Shown here: in pieces, positions 31,411 through 41,670 of the stretch | Numbering within the stretch: position 1 is the first letter of the stretch | Layout of the letters: each line of letters starts with the position of its first letter | Origin: a virus | Strand: one strand, 5' to 3' | Length of the DNA stretch: 64,000 nt | Virus record (IMG/VR): IMGVR_UViG_3300025000_000086 | Span: 6,791-70,790 of that record | Program-made: the position numbers and the translations under genes | The notes under the pieces: generated by a model | Databases searched by the model: none | The model's input: only the letters and a program-made list of their open reading frames with translations | Told to the model about the DNA's origin: nothing

Positions 31411-31713
31411 TTATTTATATTTATCACATATCTCCTTACTCTTACTTCTCAAATAATCACACAAATATCCCTTCACAATTTTCAATACAACATTTTTTGA
31501 TTGACCAAACTTTTTAGGATTAACTTGAATATCATTATTTTGAAAATCTTTAAATAAACTAATCAAATCATCTCTGACACCTTCAAAATGAAGAAATACT
31601 TTTGCTTTATTACCACGTTTCTCCACAATATCAAATCCAACAATCTCATAACCTAAATAATGCAAATAAGCACAAAAATTTGAATCAGAATATCTAAATA
31701 AAACTTTTTCCAT
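31411..31713 (-). CDS. small phage protein (DUF5659-like)
   Basis: D.NFCAYLHYLGYE...KVFLHF pattern; AAGGAG RBS. Confidence 0.55.
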   Translation of the reverse strand: MEKVLFRYSDSNFCAYLHYLGYEIVGFDIVEKRGNKAKVFLHFEGVRDDLISLFKDFQNNDIQVNPKKFGQSKNVVLKIVKGYLCDYLRSKSKEICDKYK

Positions 31714-32092
31714 AATCAAATGACACTCCTTTAATAATTATTTGTTAATAAAAAACAAAAAAAGAGAGGACATAATAATCCTCTCTCTCCACTAATCATA
31801 AATCAAAAACAAACTCCATATATCACCCAAATTAACCACTCAAATTTCCCACACCTACATTTTGTCCTAATCAAAATAAACCCTCTAAATAACCATAAAA
31901 TATCGTCAAAATTAATAATTACCAATATAATACAATTTTAAAATAGTTGTAATATAAAGGTTTGTTGGTTGTTTATTTTGATAGATTTTTAGCAGTTTAC
32001 TCTGCAATGGAATATGTTTTAAGTCTTTATTCCGACTAACCAAAATATCATTATGAAACAACAATTAGGTAACAATATTATTTCTCCTTAAT

Positions 32093-32121
32093 TTGACTTC
32101 CCACTAAACTTTTGCTATAAT
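32093..32121 (+). promoter_or_regulatory. antisense-oriented sigmaA promoter
   Basis: TTGACT-17 bp-TATAAT with TG extension. Confidence 0.6.
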
Positions 32122-32222
32122 ATATCCAACATAATATTAATTCTTCGCAGTTAACTTTCTGCAAAATAACACTAGAATTGGGTATCCATATGTTCTAGTG
32201 TTATTTTGTTTTTTAATTTTTA

Positions 32223-32486
32223 CTAATTATTTATTAATTTTATTAAATTTTGTAGATTAGGTATAAATTTTTTTACAGCATCAGCAGAAATTATTAATTC
32301 ATTATTATTAAGTAATTTTACAACTTGTTCATTTGGTTTAGTATTAAATAATTTATTTATTATATCTTTTACTTTACTATTATTTACTACTATTCCACCT
32401 GTAGGAATTATTAAACTATCATCATATTTCATCGTTATATCACCTTTCTCAAATAACTTATTTATCATATTCATAATTTTACTCAT
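32223..32486 (-). CDS. small protein homologous to the tape measure C-terminal segment
   Basis: GGI...DIINKLFNT..NE.VVK.L..EL.I....K.FIPN.QN matches the TMP C-terminus. Confidence 0.7.
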   Translation of the reverse strand: MSKIMNMINKLFEKGDITMKYDDSLIIPTGGIVVNNSKVKDIINKLFNTKPNEQVVKLLNNNELIISADAVKKFIPNLQNLIKLINN

Positions 32487-32622
32487 ATTAAATTCTCCTT
32501 ATTAATTATTAATTATTCTTATTAATTTACCTCCTCTATCTTGACATTTAAATGGAAAATAAAGTCACAATATGAAAGTGGGGGAGGAGCGAGAGGAGAC
32601 AATGTGTAAAAGGTAGAGGACT

Positions 32623-32979
32623 CTATTTTATTTCTCCACTAATATTAGCATCAGATTTAACATTACTATTGCTACTATTACTATTTTTATTCATTAATGT
32701 TTCGACCGATTTTACACTTACGCTCGCTAAAATTATTCCATTAATAAAATTTATAAAAATTGCTTCACCATTGAATATATTTTCTCCTAAAAAATGTTTA
32801 GATAAAAATAGTAAAAACTCAGAAATCATGAAAACTAGGTATTTCGTAGATAATGTTTTACCAAACGCTTTTTTATAGATGTTATCTACAATGTCTTTAA
32901 AATATTGTACTAGTAATACAACTACTAGAATTAAAGTTGTAATAGTAGATAGATTCTGAATTGAAATAAATTGTTCCAT
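32623..32979 (-). CDS. putative holin
   Basis: Three hydrophobic segments, directly after the endolysin. Confidence 0.7.
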   Translation of the reverse strand: MEQFISIQNLSTITTLILVVVLLVQYFKDIVDNIYKKAFGKTLSTKYLVFMISEFLLFLSKHFLGENIFNGEAIFINFINGIILASVSVKSVETLMNKNSNSSNSNVKSDANISGEIK

Positions 32980-33022
32980 AATAGAACACACTCCTTTAAT
33001 ATTTAATTATATTAATTTTATC

Positions 33023-33802
33023 TTATTTATTATTTATTTTCTCTAACAATCTTGCCATCATAGTAAATAACAACCAATTATCAGTTTTTTCATCCATTTT
33101 ATTACTCCATAAATTACCATCATTAATAATCCCATTTTTAATTAAACTATCCAATGAATTAATTCCTGCGTCTTTCATCCATTTTTCTATTGCCATATCA
33201 ATTAATTCCTCCTTGTTATTATTTGTATTTAAATTTTCTGTTACTTTTAATTGTAAATTAAAACATTTAACTAATCCATTTACAATCGAATCTGCTAATC
33301 CATCTAAAAACTTATTATCTTTAAGTAATTTAGCATTATTAGATGAAGATACAAATAAATTCTCTAATAAAATTGCTGGCATATTACTTTCACGTAAAAT
33401 ATGAAAATTACTTTTCTTCATACCACGATCAATTACATTATAATTTTTCAAATAACTCATTACTTCATTATGTATTACCTTTTGATATTCTATAGATTTG
33501 CTAGAAGGATTAGTATAAATATGTGATTCCCAACCACTTGCATTAATATTTGTTGCTGAATTACAATGGAAACTAATAAGATAATCAGCATTAATTTTAT
33601 TAGCATATTTTGTTCTATCAGATAATTGACCTCTAGGTAATACTATAATTTCACAAATGTATTTATTTTGTAGACGATCTATTACTTCATTAGAAATAAT
33701 TTCATTTAAATTTGCTTCTATCAAATTATTCCCACAAGCACCTGGATCATTTAATTTATACTGTGGAGTTATTCCATGACCTATATCTACCAAAATTATC
33801 AT
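33023..33802 (-). CDS. endolysin, N-acetylmuramoyl-L-alanine amidase (Amidase_3)
   Basis: VDIGHG, DPGA...E, ISFHCN, SGWE, PAILLENLF. Confidence 0.92.
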   Translation of the reverse strand: MIILVDIGHGITPQYKLNDPGACGNNLIEANLNEIISNEVIDRLQNKYICEIIVLPRGQLSDRTKYANKINADYLISFHCNSATNINASGWESHIYTNPSSKSIEYQKVIHNEVMSYLKNYNVIDRGMKKSNFHILRESNMPAILLENLFVSSSNNAKLLKDNKFLDGLADSIVNGLVKCFNLQLKVTENLNTNNNKEELIDMAIEKWMKDAGINSLDSLIKNGIINDGNLWSNKMDEKTDNWLLFTMMARLLEKINNK

Positions 33803-33838
33803 ATTTTAAATTCCTCCTTTTAATTTAACAAATTTCAA

Positions 33839-34195
33839 TTACTTCACTGCCATGTAAATACTCCCACCAATAGTTGCCAAACCTCCGAAAAATAAAATTA
33901 TTTGTATATATACCTTACTTTTCCCATCAATTTTTGCCACCTCAACTTTAGTAGAATTGTCTTGTTTGTTCATAAGTAAGTTATTCAATCCTGATAGCAT
34001 GGCATTATGATTGGTTAACATTTGCCCCTCGATCTTATCCATACTTTTTTTTAGGGATTCCTGACCTTGTTTAACATTATTTAATGTTTCATTATTCTTG
34101 GCAAATTCGATTTCTATACTTCTCAATCGTTCATCATGAGACTTTATTCGCTCATCTACTTCATTAAAACGCTCTTTAATTTCAATAGTATTCAC
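33839..34195 (-). CDS. XhlA/hemolysin-like lysis protein (probable GTG start 34195)
   Basis: Coiled coil (HDERLRSIE) plus C-terminal TM, upstream of the endolysin. Confidence 0.6.
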   Translation of the reverse strand: MNTIEIKERFNEVDERIKSHDERLRSIEIEFAKNNETLNNVKQGQESLKKSMDKIEGQMLTNHNAMLSGLNNLLMNKQDNSTKVEVAKIDGKSKVYIQIILFFGGLATIGGSIYMAVK

Positions 34196-34379
34196 TTTAC
34201 AACCATCTCCTTCCGAAATTTCATCAATTCCATTATAAAGACTTCCACAAAAATTCCTATCAATCTTATCATTCTTATAATTATTTTCACTATTTATCAT
34301 AAAACAATTGACACCTCTCTTATTATGTTATATAATTATAATCACACAATAATAAGTGCATTTTATTATTGCTGTTAAT

Positions 34380-34414
34380 AACTACAATGGAATGAGAGTG
34401 ATTCCATTGTAGTT
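34380..34414. terminator. hairpin terminator
   Basis: AACTACAATGGAAT/ATTCCATTGTAGTT inverted repeat. Confidence 0.55.
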
Positions 34415-34600
34415 TCAAAATACATATTAAACTAATCATAATTCAACATTGCAACAATCTAACAATCTAAAATAAAATTAATCTTAGAATCTCAATTAAA
34501 TCTCCGCGAGAGCCTACGAGCACCAGAGAGGTTTATATTGAGATTCTATTTATATTTTTAAACATATTTCTAATAACACAATTCTAATTCCATAATCAAT

Positions 34601-35704
34601 TTATACCACCATATAACTTATTCCTTCACCACTTACAGAAGAATCTATGTATATTAAATTTGCGTTAGACACTTCAATTGTTCTATATTCTAATTTTTCA
34701 ATTTCTACTCCATAGACAGTAGAAGATACATCACTTCCACCAATGTAAATATATCCTGTATTTGCTCTTTTAGCAGTTATTGTTACTTTTTTACAAGAAA
34801 TACCAGGTAATTGTACTCTGGTTCCAGCAGTAGTAACATTAATAGTTGCGCCTGTTAATGTACCACTACTAATTATTTTCATACTACCAGGATTAACATC
34901 AGTAAACTTTTCTGTTCCATCTGCATTAATAGGCACTATTTTACCAATATTAGCAGTACCACTTGGAATAGGGTTAGTTATCTCAATAGGTAATGCACCA
35001 GTACCATCCCCTTGTAATTGTTTTATAATACCTTTTGAAAAAGCAATTAAACTACCAGATAATGTAGGATCTATAATTGGACTATCTGCTTTTAATCCAA
35101 TACCAACAATACCACCATCAGATGAATTTATACTACCAGGATTTAGACTAGTAAATATTTCTGTTCCTGAAGAATTTTTATTTACTATTCCATTTGTAAC
35201 CCCAGGAGTAGTTTGATCAATTTTAACACTAGGGATATTATTTATTTCAACAACATTATTATCGCTATTTAGTGCCATTGCTTTACCTAATACAGTAATA
35301 TTACCACTTGTATAAGAAGTAATTTCTGCTCTAATTTTTAACAAACAATTACAATTAACCTTATAAATACCAGGAGAAGTAATTAATGATAAAATATTAT
35401 TATCATCTTTAGTTACTTTTATTGGTACAAAATTAGCACCATCTACACTTCCTTTTACAGTTATTTCTCCTACAAATGTTCCTGTTACTTGTAATTTTAC
35501 TGTCCCATACCCATCAACTGTAAAATCTACACCATTGCCTATTGCTGAAGCAGAATCTTGTAGAATTAAATTCTTAGGTTTAGCAGAATGTATCATTACA
35601 TATTGAGAATTGCTTTCGCCTTTAATTTCTGTATACTGTAAACTATTAGCATCTAAAATTTGTGGTACAAAATTACCATCTTGGTCTGTAATTAAAACTG
35701 CCAA
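34601..35704 (-). CDS. virion/tail-associated beta-rich protein
   Basis: G/T/S-rich, located in the tail module. Confidence 0.6.
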   Translation of the reverse strand: MAVLITDQDGNFVPQILDANSLQYTEIKGESNSQYVMIHSAKPKNLILQDSASAIGNGVDFTVDGYGTVKLQVTGTFVGEITVKGSVDGANFVPIKVTKDDNNILSLITSPGIYKVNCNCLLKIRAEITSYTSGNITVLGKAMALNSDNNVVEINNIPSVKIDQTTPGVTNGIVNKNSSGTEIFTSLNPGSINSSDGGIVGIGLKADSPIIDPTLSGSLIAFSKGIIKQLQGDGTGALPIEITNPIPSGTANIGKIVPINADGTEKFTDVNPGSMKIISSGTLTGATINVTTAGTRVQLPGISCKKVTITAKRANTGYIYIGGSDVSSTVYGVEIEKLEYRTIEVSNANLIYIDSSVSGEGISYMVV

Positions 35705-35730
35705 ATATATTCACTCCTTTTATATTAATA

Positions 35731-36090
35731 TTATAAATATGGATATATTTTAGGTATTTTACTACCTACAGATACATTAAAATTATTCTGATTACTTTTA
35801 TTTCCAAATATATTTAATTGTAATATTTCCGCATTTATTATTTCTACAGTAATAAATTTAGTTTTATCTGTTGTATTTATAATATTGCTAAATTCATTTA
35901 GTCCTTCTAGTTCTGATATTTCATAAATATTATTACTAATCATTATATTATAAATATTAAATTCTCTAACTATATAACTAGAAAGAGTATTACTTGTAAT
36001 AACTTTCCCATACAAGTAATACTCTTCATTAGAATTCACGTTCATTTTATAAAATTTCTGATTAGATATTTCTGATAAAATTAAATCCAT
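35731..36090 (-). CDS. hypothetical tail-region protein
   Basis: GAGGTGG RBS before MDLILS. Confidence 0.55.
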   Translation of the reverse strand: MDLILSEISNQKFYKMNVNSNEEYYLYGKVITSNTLSSYIVREFNIYNIMISNNIYEISELEGLNEFSNIINTTDKTKFITVEIINAEILQLNIFGNKSNQNNFNVSVGSKIPKIYPYL

Positions 36091-36111
36091 ATAATCAATT
36101 ACCACCTCATT

Positions 36112-39100
36112 TTAAGGTCTAATTTTAACCAATACTAAACCTTGTCTTCTAGCAACACTTATTGTACCAGAATAATTATTACCTCTCATTGTATACCAAG
36201 TACCAGAAGGTAAAATATAAGATTGTGTAACTTCGTTCATATTTAATAATGCTACACAATTATCAAACTTTCTACTAAATAAACCATTATTCAATTGATA
36301 ATCTTCTAATGGATTTCCAGTAGTAATAAAACATTCAGGTTGCATTTGTTCATGCCAGTTGCTTCCGTATGTATCTGATCCCCAATCTGAATGACAATAA
36401 TAAGCATTTTTATGTTTACCCATTAAAAATCCTGCCAAACTAAACATTCTAGCAGGATATAATTCACTTGAACTTCTAGCAAGAGCAACTACCCATTTAT
36501 CATTTTCTCCACACCATTTTATAAAATCTATTTCATTTTTTATGAATTCTAAATCAAATCCTTCTGTTGTAATGACATCTGGATTTGTTGTCCAAGTATA
36601 TAACCAAGTTTCTAATAAATATCCATCAAATGGCATTGCAAGTAATTTTGTATCTTCTACAAGTGTTCCATCTAAATTAAAATCTCTAGCACATCCGAAA
36701 TTAGTCGTAAGATATTTACCTTGTCTGTGCAATTCATTTGCTAATAATTGCATTCTATTAGCACTAGAAGATAATCTCTCATAAACACTTCTAAAATTTA
36801 GTAATTGACTTGCTTCTGCTGACCAGTTAAAATCTACAAGAGTACCATAACTTTCTCCCCAAAAATCATCAATATATATTCCATCTGACCATATTTCTCT
36901 TTCTCTGATTAATCTATCGACATACCATTGTACTGTTTCAAGGTTTTTCCAATCATAATAGTATCTACCATCACCAAAAGGACTAGAAAATCCAGTTGCA
37001 TCTACGCAAAACCATTCCTTACGTTGTGCCATAATCTCTTGCCATCCTATTTGATTTGGATAATCTGATAAATCATCAAAATAATGAAATAAAAATAATT
37101 CAGGGTATAATTTATATATTACGTCAGCTTTTACATTTGACCAATCAGATATAGGACTATAGTGCATATCATAGTCAAGCATTTGCTTTTGGTTATATAC
37201 TGTAGGACGAAAAACTTCCCATCTGCCTATTCTTTTTGTTACATCAGGTAATATTTTTTGTATTTTAGGTACAATAACTTCAGCATATAAATTATTAATA
37301 TTTGTAGGCAAATTATTTTCTATTATTGGTTCTTGCAAATTATCTAAAACAAGTGGATAAATAGTAAGAGTTTTAGAATCAGTGATACCTTCATATGATG
37401 CATTAATTGTTATTTCACTAGATATAGATGGTAATGTATAAATAGCATTGGATAATCCAATTGAATTAGTTGGTAATGATATAATACTGCCAATATTTGG
37501 AGATATAGAGTAATTAACTGTAAGATTTTTCTGTTCAACATTATTCCCATTATATTTTAATTGTGAATATAATTTAATTTGTTTAATTGTTTCAGTATTT
37601 AATTCTGTATAAGGTATTGTTAATTCTACATCATCTACAATAGGAATATCTTGTTCTTCTATCACAATTATATCATCTACCCAAATAATTCCTGTTCCAC
37701 CTCTACCAATATCTATTATTATATCTATTTCTTTAATTGTTTTTGTTGGAATAAATTCAAAATTTAATTGTGTCCAATCAAATGTATCTGAAGGCCATAT
37801 CTGAGCAGTACCCAATGGATTCCATTCACTTGTATCATCTGTATATTTAATCCAAGTCTCAAACCATAAATTTGCACCATTTATACAATTTTCACCTTTT
37901 GCCCAAGCATTAAATATAACCTTTTTAGGTGTAATTTGATTTAAAGTAACTGTTTGTTCTATTTGTGTATATCTACAATCAATTCTATCAATATTAAATT
38001 TGCAAGATAAAGGAGTAGAATGATATATATTTGAATCTATACTTATACCTAATCCTGTAACATCTTCATCTGACATATTTGTGCCATAATTAGACCATCC
38101 AGATAATTGTAAAGAAAAATCATTATTTGAAATATTATTAATTGTAACTATAGGTATTATACTACAATTTTCAATCCAGTTATATTCACCTTGAAATACC
38201 CAAAATCTTAATTTTGCTTTAATATATCCTGTAGTATTAGGTTCAAATAATACTTTATATTGATTACCTATATTGGATACTGTGATATATTTATATACGG
38301 TTAAATCTTGATTATCATTCGCATCATAATAATGCAATGATATTTGTAAATTAGAGGAAATAATATTCTCTCTTTTAAAATAAAATCCTACTTCCAAATT
38401 GTCTCCAACATTCACATCGAACTTTTGAGATTGAACAATAACCCAATTATCTGTTATGTCATCATATATTGGAGGAGTAATTTTAAATGCTTTACCAGAT
38501 GATTGTATTATAGGATTTTCAATATTTGTTACAGTAGCGTTCACTCCAACACTTGACCCATATACTTCCCATCCAGAAGGAATTGTAGAATTGACAGGAT
38601 AAATAGAATAATTACCATTATATAAATGCTCAAATGTTTGAATGGGAGAATCTTCCTCTTTTAAACTTAAAGCATTCATAAAATATGTAATTCCTTGTGA
38701 ATCACTACCATATACTAAATATCTAAAATCTACTTCAATTGCATCAATAGGTGCTTGTAAAATAATTTGATTTAAATTATATGTTATTGTATATGGAATT
38801 GTATAAAATTCTTCATCTCCTGATCCATCACTAGTATTAAATTGTATCCCTAATAATCCGTTAGAATTAGCAGTAGATTTAGTATATATTGAGAAATTAT
38901 ATTGTCTGCCACCAATTATAGGAACATTAGATTTATTTATACTTTTCCATGATGCTTTAGGAAAATTAAAATACATTGATCTTGTACCATCAATTGCTAC
39001 TTCATTAGAAAATCCACTATCTACAATAGAATCACCATAAATATTAAATCCTGAAGGGAAAGTTGTACCATCTTCAAAAGTTCCATTTGCTAATAATTCT

Positions 39101-41640
39101 GGATATTCTGGTTCTATAATTTCTCCTGGTAATTGTATTCTATTTATTGTTGGTTTTTGTGGATTATTTCCCAAATAATATTCTTTATCTAATTTAGCAT
39201 AATAATTATTAGCATATATTCTATAAACTGCAATTGTAAAATCTGTTGCAACTACTAAATTTATACCTATTATATTCCAAGATGTTATACCTATTATTGG
39301 TATATCTATATATTGTATAATATTTCCACTTAAATCAAATACAATAAATTTATTTTGATTATTATCATAAGTTATTAATTTATCATAATATAATGACAAT
39401 CCTTTACAATCAAATGATCCTTTAATATTAAAGTTATTTGTAATATTCCCTATTAAATTAAATATTTTCACTATTCCAGAATTTGATATTCTTGCAATAT
39501 GATTATCATTAATAAAACAAAAATCTGTAAATCCAATATTGCCAGAATATGTTATTGTATTAGATAAATTATATACATCACCAATATTATTCATATACCA
39601 TAATTCATCATTAAAATAAGATAATGCTACAATATTTATTTCTGATTCTATTAAATTTAATTTATTAGGGACAAATATATCTGATTCATAAATACCTGAA
39701 TCTGTAGTAATATAATATTTATTTGCATGAGATAAATATAATATAGAATTAATATCTTCATCAACAGAATAAATAGCATTCACATTTTCCACAGGAATAC
39801 TACCATTGTCAAATATTATTTTATGATTAACATTATCTATATTCCATAATTTTGCCGTATTTGTTATAGAAGGATAACCAGATAATAAATTTGTACCTGT
39901 ATCATAATAGATATATCCATTATTTCTTAATTGCTCAGCAGATATTTCAGCAACTAAATGATTCTGTCCATCATTCCATATTAATTTTTTAACTCCTGCA
40001 ACGCTATACTCCCAAGGTTGAATAGTGTCTTCATTTTGTGTCATATATATTTTATAACTTGTCGCACCATCAACTGGACAAATTTCTATAGGAACACAAT
40101 TAGTATTTGAAATAGCATCTGTTATTGCTCTTACTTCATTTGATCTGTCAGTCTCACCAAAAGAAGTACATGCAGTAACACAATAATATCTAGTATTATT
40201 TGCAGGAATATTTCCTCCTGTAGTCACTAACCATCTATCAGGATGAACAATATGAGGTATTCTTAAATACTGATCAGTATTTATATTATTTACTTCTATT
40301 TCTGAAATATTATTATTCCAAGGAGATATAGTATACTCAGTATCATTTATTTTTGTCATTTCTGAATTTTGTAATAATGTAAATGATTTAAATGTATTAG
40401 AAGCAATAAATTCTCCTATTAATCCATCTGTTATAAACGATACACTATTATTATCTTTAATATCTAATTCTACATGATTAATATTTATAATATTGTCAAG
40501 ATTAATTACATTTGTGCTATCAATATTATTACTAGGTATTTCTAATATGTTTTTATTTGAATTAATATTAATTGTATTAGAAGATAATAATGGTTCAGAA
40601 ACTAATAAAACACCACCTATATATCCATTATCTCCACTAATATTAGTGATTTCAATATCTACTTTTTCAGAATATAATGTATTCATAATATAAATAATAT
40701 CTGTTTGCCATTGATTACTTGTCTCTATATTGATAATTTTTTCATTAATTATATTTCTATATCTATCTAATAGTTTAATATTTACTTGAAAATTAGTTAC
40801 TCCTAAACTCATAGAATATATAGTTATTTTTTGTTTTAGTAATCCTTTGTCAATGCAAATATTATTTTGACTTATAGAACTATTATTTTGCATAAACATA
40901 GAATTTGTGCCAATAGGATTAATTTCTTCTATAATTGTTGAATTTACACAATCCCATCCTGTAGGAATAATATCATCACTTGAATAAAAAAAATTAGAAT
41001 TCATAATAACATTTTCTATAGGTAAACTTACTTGTGGAATATCTAATTCTTCTAAAGTAAATCCACCATACCATGCTTTACCTACTGAAAATCCTCTATG
41101 TAATATATGAAAAAATAAATATTTTACTGGTCTTGAAGGAATAAAAGTTTTTTTCTTAAAAGTAAAATCATAAGTCCCCTCATCAAAAGTTAAATTACCT
41201 CCACCAACAGCAGGCCAACCAGGAGGATAACCAATAAACCCAACATTTATGATTGGATTACCTGTGCAATTTTCAGCAGATACATAAGCAGATACTCTAA
41301 TTGGTTTAACTTCTGTTTGATTAATTGCTATTACCTGTGTTATACCACCAGATTGTTGTACTAATAGGTTAGTAATATCAAGCATAATAGATTTACCACC
41401 AGAGGGAGGAGATAGGGTACTCCAATCTGCCCCACTCGAATCAAATCTGCCATAATCGCAACCCCCAAGGTAAAACCAGTAATCAGGAGAAATACCATTT
41501 CCTCCTAAAGTATCACATATTCCATTATTAGCATAGCAATGATCAGAAGGATCATATGGAAAATTACCTTCACTGTCCATTACTTGAATATTCCCAAACG
41601 TACTAATGGTTAAATCAGGATTATATAATAGATTTGCGAT
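36112..41640 (-). CDS. large tail fibre/spike with carbohydrate-binding repeats and C-terminal glycoside-hydrolase-like domain (probable ATC start)
   Basis: CBM4/9-like repeats (LLANGTFE, NNDFS..GW, IWVDDI); C-terminal DGIYIDD...FDGYLLE...GLFSRKFDN; frame extends to xANLLYNP behind AGGTGA. Confidence 0.75.
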   Translation of the reverse strand: MANLLYNPDLTISTFGNIQVMDSEGNFPYDPSDHCYANNGICDTLGGNGISPDYWFYLGGCDYGRFDSSGADWSTLSPPSGGKSIMLDITNLLVQQSGGITQVIAINQTEVKPIRVSAYVSAENCTGNPIINVGFIGYPPGWPAVGGGNLTFDEGTYDFTFKKKTFIPSRPVKYLFFHILHRGFSVGKAWYGGFTLEELDIPQVSLPIENVIMNSNFFYSSDDIIPTGWDCVNSTIIEEINPIGTNSMFMQNNSSISQNNICIDKGLLKQKITIYSMSLGVTNFQVNIKLLDRYRNIINEKIINIETSNQWQTDIIYIMNTLYSEKVDIEITNISGDNGYIGGVLLVSEPLLSSNTININSNKNILEIPSNNIDSTNVINLDNIININHVELDIKDNNSVSFITDGLIGEFIASNTFKSFTLLQNSEMTKINDTEYTISPWNNNISEIEVNNINTDQYLRIPHIVHPDRWLVTTGGNIPANNTRYYCVTACTSFGETDRSNEVRAITDAISNTNCVPIEICPVDGATSYKIYMTQNEDTIQPWEYSVAGVKKLIWNDGQNHLVAEISAEQLRNNGYIYYDTGTNLLSGYPSITNTAKLWNIDNVNHKIIFDNGSIPVENVNAIYSVDEDINSILYLSHANKYYITTDSGIYESDIFVPNKLNLIESEINIVALSYFNDELWYMNNIGDVYNLSNTITYSGNIGFTDFCFINDNHIARISNSGIVKIFNLIGNITNNFNIKGSFDCKGLSLYYDKLITYDNNQNKFIVFDLSGNIIQYIDIPIIGITSWNIIGINLVVATDFTIAVYRIYANNYYAKLDKEYYLGNNPQKPTINRIQLPGEIIEPEYPELLANGTFEDGTTFPSGFNIYGDSIVDSGFSNEVAIDGTRSMYFNFPKASWKSINKSNVPIIGGRQYNFSIYTKSTANSNGLLGIQFNTSDGSGDEEFYTIPYTITYNLNQIILQAPIDAIEVDFRYLVYGSDSQGITYFMNALSLKEEDSPIQTFEHLYNGNYSIYPVNSTIPSGWEVYGSSVGVNATVTNIENPIIQSSGKAFKITPPIYDDITDNWVIVQSQKFDVNVGDNLEVGFYFKRENIISSNLQISLHYYDANDNQDLTVYKYITVSNIGNQYKVLFEPNTTGYIKAKLRFWVFQGEYNWIENCSIIPIVTINNISNNDFSLQLSGWSNYGTNMSDEDVTGLGISIDSNIYHSTPLSCKFNIDRIDCRYTQIEQTVTLNQITPKKVIFNAWAKGENCINGANLWFETWIKYTDDTSEWNPLGTAQIWPSDTFDWTQLNFEFIPTKTIKEIDIIIDIGRGGTGIIWVDDIIVIEEQDIPIVDDVELTIPYTELNTETIKQIKLYSQLKYNGNNVEQKNLTVNYSISPNIGSIISLPTNSIGLSNAIYTLPSISSEITINASYEGITDSKTLTIYPLVLDNLQEPIIENNLPTNINNLYAEVIVPKIQKILPDVTKRIGRWEVFRPTVYNQKQMLDYDMHYSPISDWSNVKADVIYKLYPELFLFHYFDDLSDYPNQIGWQEIMAQRKEWFCVDATGFSSPFGDGRYYYDWKNLETVQWYVDRLIREREIWSDGIYIDDFWGESYGTLVDFNWSAEASQLLNFRSVYERLSSSANRMQLLANELHRQGKYLTTNFGCARDFNLDGTLVEDTKLLAMPFDGYLLETWLYTWTTNPDVITTEGFDLEFIKNEIDFIKWCGENDKWVVALARSSSELYPARMFSLAGFLMGKHKNAYYCHSDWGSDTYGSNWHEQMQPECFITTGNPLEDYQLNNGLFSRKFDNCVALLNMNEVTQSYILPSGTWYTMRGNNYSGTISVARRQGLVLVKIRP

Positions 41641-41670
41641 TTAAAATCACCTACTTTGCAATATACTAAA

